DNA of 58,196 nucleotides from a virus (Duplodnaviria; Caudoviricetes): IMG/VR virus record IMGVR_UViG_3300032087_000460, positions 1 to 58,196 of that record; one strand, 5' to 3'. Shown piece by piece: positions 47,944 to 57,850 of this stretch (position 1 is its first letter; each line of letters starts with the position of its first letter). The notes under the pieces were generated by a model. It saw only the letters and a program-made list of their open reading frames with translations, ran no database searches and was not told where the DNA came from. The position numbers and the translations under genes were made by a program.

Positions 47944-48483
47944 TCATGCGGCGGATACAAGAAAACCAGAGAACACTGTATATTCACTATCCACAACCAC
48001 TGGCGAACCAGAACTAACATTATTCCAAGAATACGCTTCAAAATAATCTGTTGTTCCATTTGCATAATACATCATAGAACCAGACTGAGTTTTTGATTCT
48101 GTTAATCCAGATATTCCAGAACCAGTAAAATCCAAATCCCAAACTCTGCCGTTTCCAAAAGCACCATTTTTAGAAATAGAACCAATTGTTCTTATCTGAG
48201 TATTGGAAGCATCAGATTGTGATAGAGTTAATGTAAACTGATAATATCCAGCCTGTTGAGGCGTAAACCGATAATTTGTCGCATTATCATACCAACCAGC
48301 GTTATCCCAATTCTCCACATCAAAATCAACCCTTGTCCAAGTTGCATCACTATGAGTCACATTTCCAGAAAGAGTAACTTGAAATGTTGGAACTTTTGGA
48401 GCAATAAAACCGTTACTATTAATACTAATTCCTGTAGTACCAGCACTGTTCTGAATCGTATCGACTTTGATCGTGCTGGTCAT
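47944..48483 (-). CDS. C1q/TNF-like fibre tip protein
   Basis: PTFQV...FD...RFTPQQAGYYQF...DYFE...FSGFLV. Confidence 0.7.
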   Translation of the reverse strand: MTSTIKVDTIQNSAGTTGISINSNGFIAPKVPTFQVTLSGNVTHSDATWTRVDFDVENWDNAGWYDNATNYRFTPQQAGYYQFTLTLSQSDASNTQIRTIGSISKNGAFGNGRVWDLDFTGSGISGLTESKTQSGSMMYYANGTTDYFEAYSWNNVSSGSPVVVDSEYTVFSGFLVSAA

Positions 48484-48971
48484 TGTGCGATCTCCATTAA
48501 GATTATACGACTTGGGCTACTACTATGTTGAGCGTCTATATACACAGCATTAAAATTAGCCAATGTAGTTTTATAGACTACCGCTGAAGTTGAGTTTGGT
48601 GCATCTAAAATATTATAATTTAAGTGCCAACCTAAACGCAGTTCACCAACCGTTCGTTCTGCTGTTATACGCATATCACTTTGACTAACTGACGTAATAA
48701 TTTTTGTAGAGTCACGATAAAGATGAAGATTACCTCCAGCATTGCCATCAGAAGTATCATTTATCCAAATAGATTGATCTACCGTAACTAAAATTTTGCT
48801 AGTTGTAGAAGACGGAGTAATTGTTGCAGTTAATCCTGTATCTGTTTCAGATGTAGAAGATACTTGGACTTGTGTAGCTGTAGTACCCTGCACCACCTGC
48901 ACCACATGACCTGCCGCCAGTACACGGCTACCGAGATTTGGTGCGAGATTGTCAACGTAGAGAGTACTCAT
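48480..48971 (-). CDS. Fibre tip protein (paralog of 48968-49465)
   Basis: GHVVQV, ITPSSTTSKIL, LMEIAQ. Confidence 0.7.
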   Translation of the reverse strand: MSTLYVDNLAPNLGSRVLAAGHVVQVVQGTTATQVQVSSTSETDTGLTATITPSSTTSKILVTVDQSIWINDTSDGNAGGNLHLYRDSTKIITSVSQSDMRITAERTVGELRLGWHLNYNILDAPNSTSAVVYKTTLANFNAVYIDAQHSSSPSRIILMEIAQ

Positions 48972-49465
48972 TGTGCAATCTCCATAAGTGTAAATGTAAC
49001 GTGTGAAGTAGTAAAACCACCAATATATGTTGATCCACCCGAAACGCTTTGTGCGTAAACTTTGTAATTAATTGATGATGTTGAAGACGGACTGTCCATA
49101 TATATTAGGCTAAAAGGCTGAATTGATCTTGCTTCCACGTAAGTATGGCGTTCAGACTCAGTTATTCTTGACCCATCTTTGTAGAAAGTAAACACCAATC
49201 TACGAGATGATGCCCCATTGTCACAATCACCTTCAAGAATCATTAAGATTTTACTACTTGTACTTGTTGGTGTAATAAGTGTTCCAAGATTAATATCTGT
49301 AAAACCTGTAGATGTTAAAGTAACTCGTGACTCTAATTCTACATGCTTTACCTGCACCACATGACCCGGTGCGTACAAAGTCTGACCACTCGGTAGCAGC
49401 ACCGTATTAGCATTAGCCCCACTAGACGGACCCTGTAAGTTTTGAACTGTTAATGTTCCAGCCAT
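48968..49465 (-). CDS. Fibre tip protein (paralog of 48480-48971)
   Basis: GHVVQV, ITPTSTSSKIL, LMEIAQ. Confidence 0.7.
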   Translation of the reverse strand: MAGTLTVQNLQGPSSGANANTVLLPSGQTLYAPGHVVQVKHVELESRVTLTSTGFTDINLGTLITPTSTSSKILMILEGDCDNGASSRRLVFTFYKDGSRITESERHTYVEARSIQPFSLIYMDSPSSTSSINYKVYAQSVSGGSTYIGGFTTSHVTFTLMEIAQ

Positions 49466-49466
49466 G

Positions 49467-49964
49467 TCATACCACCGTTAGATTGCCATTGACAGTAAGC
49501 GTTACGCCTGTGTCTATGGTAAGAGGTCCAGCGCACGATGCGTTCTCGTCAGATGCAATCGTTGTGTCTGTCGATAATGTTTGATCATTAATACGAAAGA
49601 TTGCAGTTTCTACTTTAGTTGTAGTAGTTAAAAACTTAGGTGCAATAACCTCACCACCAAACTCACCACCATTAAGTCTGCTTACTGTGTCAGCTATACT
49701 AGCTATGTCATACGAAATAATTTCAACTAAGTCTGACGCAGCAGCACCTGACGTCAATACTATAGACGTATTTGTTGTTGCTGTATAGTCAGTTACAGGA
49801 ATAAGTAATACACCATTTAGATATACATCTACATATGCAGCATCTTCGTATCGTAATGTTCTACTGTTATCGTCAGCGCCACTAAACGTAGTCTGACTAG
49901 CAGTAGCCGTATAGATGTAACGGTTACGTACGCCTGTGCTTGGTTGTCTACCTAAGTACGCCAT
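49467..49964 (-). CDS. Tail fibre connector-like protein
   Basis: MAYLG, ATASQTTF, VYLNGV, C-terminal AGPLTIDTGVTLTVNG. Confidence 0.65.
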   Translation of the reverse strand: MAYLGRQPSTGVRNRYIYTATASQTTFSGADDNSRTLRYEDAAYVDVYLNGVLLIPVTDYTATTNTSIVLTSGAAASDLVEIISYDIASIADTVSRLNGGEFGGEVIAPKFLTTTTKVETAIFRINDQTLSTDTTIASDENASCAGPLTIDTGVTLTVNGNLTVV

Positions 49965-49967
49965 GTG

Positions 49968-50189
49968 TTAGCCTTCATTAGCAGCAATCGCCGCATTAAC
50001 AGCGGTCATGTCTTCGTCGGTCCAGAAGTCTTTAGCGACCATGATCTGTAGGTGACGCACATTACGATCCACGCAATCCGCCCAATCAGCATCGTCCATA
50101 TCTTCTGGTTGACCAGCGTTTAGCAAGTCTACGCTATCGCCCATAGCTTTATAGTGTTGAGCGATTTGTTCTGCGGTGATTTCGTCCAT
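49968..50189 (-). CDS. Small acidic tail-associated protein
   Basis: 73-aa coupled ORF. Confidence 0.6.
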   Translation of the reverse strand: MDEITAEQIAQHYKAMGDSVDLLNAGQPEDMDDADWADCVDRNVRHLQIMVAKDFWTDEDMTAVNAAIAANEG

Positions 50190-51814
50190 TATGCGTTCTC
50201 CAGTGCGGTGATACGAGCAAGCATGTCAGCGTTTGCGGTTTCTAAGGTTTCAATCTTTGTGATTGCTTCTTGCAATGCTGCGGTTAGCAGTGGCACTAAT
50301 TTACTTTGGTCAATGCCCTGATAGACAGGGTTGCCTTCATCATCGACCTCGTTATGTGTACCTGTTATCGCTTCTGGCACGATTGATTGGACTTCGTGCG
50401 CCAAGAAACCATCAACAGTCGTGTCTGCGTCTGCAATGAAGTTAAAACGCTTAGGCTCTAGTTGTTTGAGGCGTGTTGTTGCGCCTGTAAGCTCAACTAC
50501 GTTTTCTTTAAGTCGGTAATCGGAAGACGTATTGTAAGCTGTAGCAGAACCTGTTGTGCTGATAGAGCCAACAATACTTCCATTCTTGCCAAAAGACATT
50601 GTGTTTATGGTAGCCGTATCGTCTCGGCAAATATTAATATAGCCCCTACCAATTTCTGTATAGTTAGCATCTACAACTACACCCGCACCTTGAGGCGTTG
50701 CACCTTGAGTAACCCAGTTCCCTGAACTATTTATATATAATCTCGGGTTACCATCACCATCTGATAGCACGATACAGTTGCTTGCGGTGCGGATGTCTAG
50801 GCCGCCTTGGTTACCGTTGTACAAACCAACGATGGTATTCTTAGACCCAGTACTGACATGGTATCCAGCACCATAGCCTAAGAACGTATTATATCCGCCA
50901 GTAGCACTGTATCCAGCTACTGTACCAACGGCGGTATTAAAACTTGATGTGGTATTTGAGTATAAAGAGTGATGTCCGTTGGCCACATTATACTGGCCTG
51001 TAGTCGTGTTGTAGGATGACTGATAGCCAGTTGAGGTATTGTAACTTGCTGAGGTGTTGTATCTTAATGCGCCAGTACCCAATCCTACATTATAGTAGCC
51101 TGTACTGTTGTCATAGAGGGCGCTAACACCAACACCCACATTAGAACTTCCAGAAGTACTAGAACGTAAAGCATTAACACCAACGCCAACATTTTGAGTA
51201 CCAGTGCTGTTACCGCGCAATGCAAAGCCACCAACGGCAGTATTGCTAGTGCTAGTCGTCGCATCGTGCATGGCTTCATAGCCAATAGCTACGTTGTAAG
51301 TATTAGCAACTGTAGTTCCGTAATTGAATGACTGTAGAGCGTCTGCGCCAATGGCGACGTTTCTAGATCCGCCTTGGTTTGCATATAGAGCATTTTGCCC
51401 AACGGCCACGTTTGCCGAGCCGACAGTACCAGCGCGACCAGATGCGTAACCATAGTATGAGTTACCAGCGCCTGTAGTGACATTGTAACCCGCTTGATAC
51501 CCAGAAGCAGTATTGTTATTTGCGGTGGTACTGAACGCCAAACTGCTCATCCCCAAGGCCACATTGTACTCACCAGAAGTCGTCGTTGTTAAAGCCCCCT
51601 GACCAACGGCCACGTTGTTTGAAGCGGTTGTCGCGTCGTTCATTGCGTTCTTACCAATGGCCGTATTTGACGACCCAGAACTAATACTTTCAAGCACAGT
51701 GTCGCCAAGCCCGGTATTGTTTGTACCGAGAGGATAGTTCCCATCAAGCTTGATTGTGCCGCCGTCTACTGAGAGGGTAGCTGTACTATCCGCAATGTCC
51801 CGCGCTCTTGACAT
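50189..51814 (-). CDS. Tail spike/fibre with YadA-like beta-roll repeats and S74 intramolecular chaperone
   Basis: Many 14-aa N(T/V)A(V/I)G repeats; TSSDYRLKENV...GFLAHEVQ..VPEA...coiled coil. Confidence 0.85.
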   Translation of the reverse strand: MSRARDIADSTATLSVDGGTIKLDGNYPLGTNNTGLGDTVLESISSGSSNTAIGKNAMNDATTASNNVAVGQGALTTTTSGEYNVALGMSSLAFSTTANNNTASGYQAGYNVTTGAGNSYYGYASGRAGTVGSANVAVGQNALYANQGGSRNVAIGADALQSFNYGTTVANTYNVAIGYEAMHDATTSTSNTAVGGFALRGNSTGTQNVGVGVNALRSSTSGSSNVGVGVSALYDNSTGYYNVGLGTGALRYNTSASYNTSTGYQSSYNTTTGQYNVANGHHSLYSNTTSSFNTAVGTVAGYSATGGYNTFLGYGAGYHVSTGSKNTIVGLYNGNQGGLDIRTASNCIVLSDGDGNPRLYINSSGNWVTQGATPQGAGVVVDANYTEIGRGYINICRDDTATINTMSFGKNGSIVGSISTTGSATAYNTSSDYRLKENVVELTGATTRLKQLEPKRFNFIADADTTVDGFLAHEVQSIVPEAITGTHNEVDDEGNPVYQGIDQSKLVPLLTAALQEAITKIETLETANADMLARITALENA

Positions 51815-51817
51815 GGT

Positions 51818-52093
51818 TTACTCTCCGAGTTGAGCTGCTTCAGCTTCCGCTTGACGTTCTGCTGCTGTTTTCACAATGTCGTTAGCAAAAGCATACGCTA
51901 CAATCTCTTCGCGTGTAGCAGGTACTTGCACACCGTTGTCTAAACAGTATTCAACTGTAAGATTTACAATCTCGTCGTTGGCAATACGTGCGCGGTTTGT
52001 AAGCGCGTTATCTGCCCACTCTTGTGGTGACAATGCTGCGTACTCAAGACCTTTGTATTGAGTGTCTGTTAATGTAACTGTTATGTCTGGCAC
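51818..52093 (-). CDS. Small tail-associated protein
   Basis: 91 aa with GGAG RBS. Confidence 0.6.
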   Translation of the reverse strand: MPDITVTLTDTQYKGLEYAALSPQEWADNALTNRARIANDEIVNLTVEYCLDNGVQVPATREEIVAYAFANDIVKTAAERQAEAEAAQLGE

Positions 52094-52108
52094 GTTTGTT
52101 CTCCTAAA

Positions 52109-53080
52109 TCAGCAAAGTAGATAACCTGAGAAGTTGTTGTGATAGTCAGGGTTTCCGCGAATACCTCTGCGAGTAGTGTCAACATTTACGGAAACAGTAT
52201 CGTTTGCAGAAAGGTCATAGATAATCGTATTTGATATTCGACCTTCAGGTTCTCCGTCGTTCGTATATGCACTGCCATATTGGTCAAATGCACCATTTTT
52301 ATAAATACGAATCCACGGCCCTGAAGTAGTTCCGGTATCGGAAGTAGCGTTGACACTAAAAACATATTTACCTGCTACTGGAGCGGTAAATACACCAGTT
52401 GATGAGTTGTAATGCCCACCTATGTTAACGTGAACGTAGTTCCATACAATTGTGCCTGTAGTTGATGTTGAAGCGTTACGAAGTTGCGCGAAAAACGCTG
52501 GTTGAGATGGTTTTAAAACAGGACCATTATTGAAAGTATAAGAGCTTGCATAGAAGGGTAGACTAGCGTAGCCGGGAGAACCACTACGATTAAAGCTTTG
52601 TATCCAGCTCCCACTTATTTCTATGTTCTCACTGTCACTGGCTCTGACAACAAACTTGGTCTGTGGGTTTGTAGAATTAATACCTACATTCTCACTAGAA
52701 TTAATCGTGATGGCAGTAGCGTCTGCGTTATCGTCTATGCCCTGCGAAGTAAACGCGCCCTGTACTGTCAGGTCTGTAGTATACGTAGTAGCTATATTAA
52801 TTTCATCTGGTGGCACAATACTCTGTACAGGCAAGCCTAAGTGTACCACATAAACATTAGCTGTACCAACTGGCGGTGCTGATGTAAACGTAATTGTTGT
52901 ACCACTACAAGTATACGCTACTGCCGGATCTTGAACAACATTTTCTACTACAACCCGCACGTCATTAGTTTTAGACGGCTGTGACATAGTAAAGGCAACA
53001 GTAGAGCCATCACCATTAAAGCTGTCTTTTACTGCTGTAGGGCTATACGCTTCAGCGGGTGCAGTGCCTAAATAGGCCAT
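52109..53080 (-). CDS. Fibre protein with C1q-like tip
   Basis: MAYLG, GDGSTVAF, NVGINSTNP, PAFFA...FTAPVAGKYVF...FSGYL. Confidence 0.75.
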   Translation of the reverse strand: MAYLGTAPAEAYSPTAVKDSFNGDGSTVAFTMSQPSKTNDVRVVVENVVQDPAVAYTCSGTTITFTSAPPVGTANVYVVHLGLPVQSIVPPDEINIATTYTTDLTVQGAFTSQGIDDNADATAITINSSENVGINSTNPQTKFVVRASDSENIEISGSWIQSFNRSGSPGYASLPFYASSYTFNNGPVLKPSQPAFFAQLRNASTSTTGTIVWNYVHVNIGGHYNSSTGVFTAPVAGKYVFSVNATSDTGTTSGPWIRIYKNGAFDQYGSAYTNDGEPEGRISNTIIYDLSANDTVSVNVDTTRRGIRGNPDYHNNFSGYLLC

Positions 53081-53424
53081 TATGTAATCTCCAGTATAGA
53101 CATAACAGCGTCTGCTGATGTTGCTGTGTCCGAAGTGACATAAATTCTATCACCAGTTTCAAGAACTACTTTTTGATCTCCACCTACAATTACTAAAGAA
53201 CCTCCAGCAGGAACAGGGGCTTGTTTTATTAAATAATAAGGATTAGCATAACTATCAGAAGATATTTTAATTGCAGCATCTATAAGAATTTGAGAAGACG
53301 ATATATTTGACACAACTAAACCTATTACTGTAGTTTGAGTAGAACTACCTACCGTATAACTACCAATAGAAGTTTCTGATGTTCCTATTTCACGCGATAT
53401 GTATCTTTTAAATGTGTTTGCCAT
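53080..53424 (-). CDS. Virion structural protein
   Basis: MANTFK...KVVLETGD...SILEIT. Confidence 0.65.
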   Translation of the reverse strand: MANTFKRYISREIGTSETSIGSYTVGSSTQTTVIGLVVSNISSSQILIDAAIKISSDSYANPYYLIKQAPVPAGGSLVIVGGDQKVVLETGDRIYVTSDTATSADAVMSILEIT

Positions 53425-53428
53425 GTAT

Positions 53429-54757
53429 TTATCCTAACGCAATGGCTAATGCCACCGCCGTTCCCGCTTGATCTACGTCTAAACTTGCACGGGCAGTCGC
53501 ACCACTTTCTGCTACCCAGTTTGTTCCGTTACCGACTATTATATTACCGTCCGTTACTGCCAGTCCAGATATATCTGTTAGACCAGCATCAACATCTTGT
53601 TTTCCGTCTAAAGCAGTTTGAAGACCATCTACATTACTAATAACATGATTGTGGCTGTCGTCTGCTACAACAATAGCATTATACGTTCCACTTACGTCGC
53701 CACCAAATGATGTAGATGTATTAAGGTAGTAAGAGCCTTCTTGGCCGTCTAATAGATCAGCATCTAAAGTTGAACCGCTACCGTCTACAGTTAAAAGCTC
53801 AGTTAATATTTCAGACGCTGTTTGATCTGCTGTAGCGCCAGACTCAATGCCGTCTAACTTAGTACCGTCTGTCGCTATGTCGCGTCCATCAACAGTACCA
53901 CCAACCGTAATGTTGCTACTTGCATCTAGTGTGCTAACACTTAAAGGTGCAGCAGTTATTGTTAAGTCGCCAGTGCTTGATCCTGTCGCTGTAGTTGTAC
54001 CTACTATGAATGAATCTGCTGACTCATCCCAACCCATAAATGCATTGTCGCCAGTACTACCACGTTCAATAACAATACCACTGTCGTTTGCATTAGAGCT
54101 AACACCATTGTTTAATTCAAGTAAATTGTCACTAACAACAGTGTTTGTAGTATTTAGTGTTGTAGTTGTACCGTTTACAGTTAGATCACCAGACAGCGTA
54201 AGATTAACGCCTGTAGCTGTTCCTGTAAATGCTGGTGACGCAAGAGGTGCTTTAGCGTCTAACTGAGTTTGTATATTTGAGGTAACACCGTCACTATAGT
54301 TTAACTCTGCTACAGTAGACGTTAGATCTGTTGTACCGTCATTTAATGTTGCATATGTTAGTGTACCAGTACTTGTGACATTTGTAAAGGTACCAGCAAC
54401 AGCAGTCGTTCCACCGATTACTGTACCATCTATTGTACCGCCTGTAATCTCTACGTCAGAGGTTACATCTTCTGCCGCTGCAACAATAGATACATAAGCA
54501 TTACCAGCTAACGTAATAGCTGATCCACTATTAGAACTTTCAGATACTGTCCTACTTAGTGTCGTGCCACTAGCTGTATAAGTACCAGTACCAACTTCCC
54601 AATTAGTACCTTCCTCAATAAGATAACGCACCACATCACCGTTGACTATTCCCGCAGCAGCAAACGTTTGATACGTAGTTACTGCTGAACCTAAAGTAAT
54701 AGTTCCGGTACCTGTAGTGCTTGTAGTTACACGTACTCTGTTAGCTAGAACAGCCAT
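53429..54757 (-). CDS. Tail fibre protein
   Basis: TTGTGTITL N-terminus, GVTSNIQTQL, DADLLDG, DDSHNH, ends in ALAIALG. Confidence 0.75.
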   Translation of the reverse strand: MAVLANRVRVTTSTTGTGTITLGSAVTTYQTFAAAGIVNGDVVRYLIEEGTNWEVGTGTYTASGTTLSRTVSESSNSGSAITLAGNAYVSIVAAAEDVTSDVEITGGTIDGTVIGGTTAVAGTFTNVTSTGTLTYATLNDGTTDLTSTVAELNYSDGVTSNIQTQLDAKAPLASPAFTGTATGVNLTLSGDLTVNGTTTTLNTTNTVVSDNLLELNNGVSSNANDSGIVIERGSTGDNAFMGWDESADSFIVGTTTATGSSTGDLTITAAPLSVSTLDASSNITVGGTVDGRDIATDGTKLDGIESGATADQTASEILTELLTVDGSGSTLDADLLDGQEGSYYLNTSTSFGGDVSGTYNAIVVADDSHNHVISNVDGLQTALDGKQDVDAGLTDISGLAVTDGNIIVGNGTNWVAESGATARASLDVDQAGTAVALAIALG

Positions 54758-54767
54758 ATATGTGTCC

Positions 54768-55205
54768 TTACGCTATGCGTATAATAGCATTAGATGCATC
54801 AGCAGCAGGAAACTGAACCGTCAAGTTACCCGCAACCGCACTAACTGTTCCCCCAAAGTCAATTACGCAAATTGCTTTGTTGCCCTGTGAAGTATTATAT
54901 ATGATACAACCGTCTGCCGATAGTGTTACCGACGAAAATACTTCATCAGTAAAATCTACGATAGCGGTAGAACCACTTAAACTAATTGTAGCACCGTCAA
55001 GTGCTTGGCCTCCAGCGCTGTAACCAGTGCCTGAAGCTTCGTCACTGTTGCCGGTTACGTCTGAATAGTTTGTGGTGCTTGCGTTATACGTGCCTGTTGG
55101 TGTAGCCTTAATCAAAGCTATATTCAGAGTATCCGTATCTAGATCGTGTACACCGCCCAGTAGCTCTTGCTTAAAGCTGTTACACATTGCTGTAGTAATT
55201 GCCAT
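54768..55205 (-). CDS. Virion structural protein
   Basis: CNSFKQELL...GTGYSAGG...IDFGG...AIIRIA. Confidence 0.65.
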   Translation of the reverse strand: MAITTAMCNSFKQELLGGVHDLDTDTLNIALIKATPTGTYNASTTNYSDVTGNSDEASGTGYSAGGQALDGATISLSGSTAIVDFTDEVFSSVTLSADGCIIYNTSQGNKAICVIDFGGTVSAVAGNLTVQFPAADASNAIIRIA

Positions 55206-55216
55206 ATTCTCTACCT

Positions 55217-55265
55217 TATAAAAATAAGAGTAGGAGACTGAGTATTAAACCCAGCCTCCTAACTC
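55217..55265 (-). terminator. Rho-independent terminator after the capsid genes
   Basis: Minus strand GAGTTAGGAGGCTGGGT-TTAAT-ACTCAGTCTCCTACTC followed by TTATTTTT. Confidence 0.7.
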
Positions 55266-55272
55266 AAGAAGC

Positions 55273-55674
55273 TTACGCGAGTGTGTCGCGGTCTACTTCG
55301 TCGGCACCCCGACCATCAACGTCCATTACCAATGCCCATACGCGCAGTTTACCTGCGGTAGCGGTACCGGTAAGGGTATCAACAGTAAGGTCCAAAGTGT
55401 CTTCTGCACCGACGTAAGCAATGCCCGGAATGGACGGAGCTACGGCACCTACAGATTTACCTGCCATTGCATAAGCAGCAACAAACTCATCGTCATCTGC
55501 GCCTGTTCCAATGTCGAAGGTAAGAGCCGTTGCACCTGTGAGTGCTTCGGTTACTTCAACACCAGCAGCGAGAATAACAGTTTGTGCTGGAAAAGTTGCA
55601 ACAGTATTCGCGCCAGCGGCGAGATCTACTGCATTCAACTCTACGGAGATTTTTTCAATACCGTTTAACGCCAT
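55273..55674 (-). CDS. Putative capsid decoration/cement protein
   Basis: 133-aa beta-rich ORF directly after the major capsid gene. Confidence 0.6.
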   Translation of the reverse strand: MALNGIEKISVELNAVDLAAGANTVATFPAQTVILAAGVEVTEALTGATALTFDIGTGADDDEFVAAYAMAGKSVGAVAPSIPGIAYVGAEDTLDLTVDTLTGTATAGKLRVWALVMDVDGRGADEVDRDTLA

Positions 55675-55686
55675 TTTACGATCTCC

Positions 55687-56742
55687 TTATACCAAGCAAA
55701 TTTTGGCGTTCACAAGAGCTTCGGGACGAAGGATCTTGCGGCCATAGAGATGCATACCACGAACAACGTCGGCAAAGCTATCGGGATCACGATAGGTCTC
55801 TGTCTTGTTGATTTGCTCTGCGGTAGCTACGGCTGAAGAGTGGCCTGCAACAATGATGCCATAGTTAGAAGCATTGGTACCACCAGTTGTGGAAGAACCC
55901 GTGCCGATTGATGGCAAGTTGTTTGAAACAAACACTTTAAAGCCGAGAAGGTTATTGAGAACCAGACCATTCTGAAGTCCAGAACCACCGAAGTCGCTAT
56001 TGAACAGACGTGAGTCTTCGTCCTGAAGGATTTCCTTCACAACTGGATCAATAACAATCCAACGGTTATTGGAGTCAACATTCTGTTGGTCAAGCTTACG
56101 AGCCATACGGGTGATAACCTGCATAGCATAAGCGTTACCAGAACCAACAGTGGCACTGTCGTTTCCTGCGCGTGGCTTGATGCCGATTGCGCTACCGGCG
56201 GAACCGCCGAAGTCGTCAGCTTCAAGTTTCATGCTGGAAAGAAGTTCGTCAGAACCAGCAGTCGATACAGCTTTTGTACCGTTGACAGTGGTGTTTACCG
56301 TGTCTGCAATAGCATGAAGAGCTGACTGCTTGTAGCCACAAAGATAACCAAGAACTTCTTGGTCATACTGGTCAGCGAGGCGGAAAGCCGCACGATCAGA
56401 TGCAAGTGACTGGAAGTTGACATGAGAATGAGCTTCTTCAATGTCGTCAACCTTAAACGCGAAGTAGTTAGCCTTATCAACTGTGAGGCTGAAGTCTTCA
56501 TCGTCTAGATCTTGTGGGGTAATAACCGTTCCGCGCTGATAAGACCGTACTGAGATTTCTGGTTCTTTAATGATGCGGACAGTATCGCCCATGTTGGCGA
56601 TCTCGCCAAAGTAATCGGAGTTTGTAATCTCCTGACAAACAGCGGACTTACGGAACGCAAGTTGCACCTGTTTGGAATAAATAACAGGACTAAAATTACC
56701 GTTAGGTAGGTTTCCATATCCTGCTGCTGCTGCGAATGCCAT
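55687..56742 (-). CDS. Major capsid protein
   Basis: FSPVIYSK, ITNSDYFGEI..GDTVRI, FKVDDIE, DSFADVVRGMHLYGRK; strong RBS and optimised-looking codon usage. Confidence 0.92.
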   Translation of the reverse strand: MAFAAAAGYGNLPNGNFSPVIYSKQVQLAFRKSAVCQEITNSDYFGEIANMGDTVRIIKEPEISVRSYQRGTVITPQDLDDEDFSLTVDKANYFAFKVDDIEEAHSHVNFQSLASDRAAFRLADQYDQEVLGYLCGYKQSALHAIADTVNTTVNGTKAVSTAGSDELLSSMKLEADDFGGSAGSAIGIKPRAGNDSATVGSGNAYAMQVITRMARKLDQQNVDSNNRWIVIDPVVKEILQDEDSRLFNSDFGGSGLQNGLVLNNLLGFKVFVSNNLPSIGTGSSTTGGTNASNYGIIVAGHSSAVATAEQINKTETYRDPDSFADVVRGMHLYGRKILRPEALVNAKICLV

Positions 56743-56953
56743 TGTAATTCTCCTTTCGACAGCAATCAGATGCTAACTTACAACTTCCTTTAGAGGCTAA
56801 TTAAAATAGGTGCGTCTTAAATACGTTTGGCCTAACGTAATCTTAACGGGCTATTCGCTTTAGGTAAGTCTATGGATAAGATTGTAGTTGCTATATATGT
56901 ATATAAATACATTAAATAGTGGGTAGGCTATTGCGGCCACATATTTTGATATA

Positions 56954-56981
56954 GTTATATACGGTTTATTTTTAATGTCAA
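56954..56981 (-). promoter_or_regulatory. Sigma70-type promoter TTGACA-16-TATAAC for the capsid gene
   Basis: Near-consensus hexamers ~200 nt upstream of the capsid ATG. Confidence 0.65.
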
Positions 56982-56986
56982 CTGTT

Positions 56987-57850
56987 TTAACGAGCAGATC
57001 CTGAAAGATCATATACAAACTTTCCTGAACGGATAGCTTCCATAATAGCTTCTTGGTTCTTCTCATACTGAACAGTAGACATCTTCTGTACGTCAGACTC
57101 GCGTATGACGCCTGAAGAATCTTCGGCTGTAGGCCGATTACGTGAGGCTTTGGTATTTACCATTTCAGCAGCGTCGTCTGAACGCTTTTTCTTTTTACCG
57201 GTAATACCTCTGTCAGCCTTATATAGGTCAATAGCTCTAGCTGCTGATTGAGCATCATTGTCATTATCATATAGAGCCTGCTGAATCCATTTAGGCTGTT
57301 CTTCGGCCCAACTATGAAAATCATCATCCTGACGTATTTCTTCAAAGTCTGGATGTAGCTGGAGCAATAATGTTTCTGCTTTCTGACGCTCTGCGTCTTC
57401 CTGCATTTTATTAATTTTAGTGACACGCTCTTCAAGTTCTGTAGATTGTTCACGCGCCTTCTTAATTGCAATAGTCTCAACGATAGCGGCAACATCTGGA
57501 TATTTCTCCATCCATTCGCCTATTTCTTCGTCGGTCTTTGGAAGTTTAATTTCCTTTTTAGTTGCAGCAGAAAGCTGCTCTTTCAATTCATTAATTTGAT
57601 TTTGAAGATCTTCTTGCTGCTTTTGTGAATGTCTACGCAGATCACCATAACGCTTCTTAAATGATTTTTCTTCTGCGCCTTCTGGTTCTGCTTCTTGTTC
57701 TACCTGTTCTGCTTCATTTACTTCGCCTTTTTGTTGGCGCATCATTTCTTCTAGCTCTTCTTCGTCCTTTTTAATACGTTCTGCATTTGAGTAAGGTCTT
57801 GATAAAAATGCTTTCTTCTCTACGTGTTCTACGTTTTCTAATTCAGCCAT
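56987..57850 (-). CDS. Capsid scaffolding protein
   Basis: Acidic coiled coil, FKKRYGDLRRH, HPDF, AARAIDLYK; upstream of the capsid gene. Confidence 0.8.
   Translation of the reverse strand: MAELENVEHVEKKAFLSRPYSNAERIKKDEEELEEMMRQQKGEVNEAEQVEQEAEPEGAEEKSFKKRYGDLRRHSQKQQEDLQNQINELKEQLSAATKKEIKLPKTDEEIGEWMEKYPDVAAIVETIAIKKAREQSTELEERVTKINKMQEDAERQKAETLLLQLHPDFEEIRQDDDFHSWAEEQPKWIQQALYDNDNDAQSAARAIDLYKADRGITGKKKKRSDDAAEMVNTKASRNRPTAEDSSGVIRESDVQKMSTVQYEKNQEAIMEAIRSGKFVYDLSGSAR

Noticed and set aside
45536-54757. Diversity-generating retroelement or invertase-based tail switching
   Set aside because: No reverse transcriptase, no TR/VR pair differing at adenines, and no inverted cassettes or invertase were seen.
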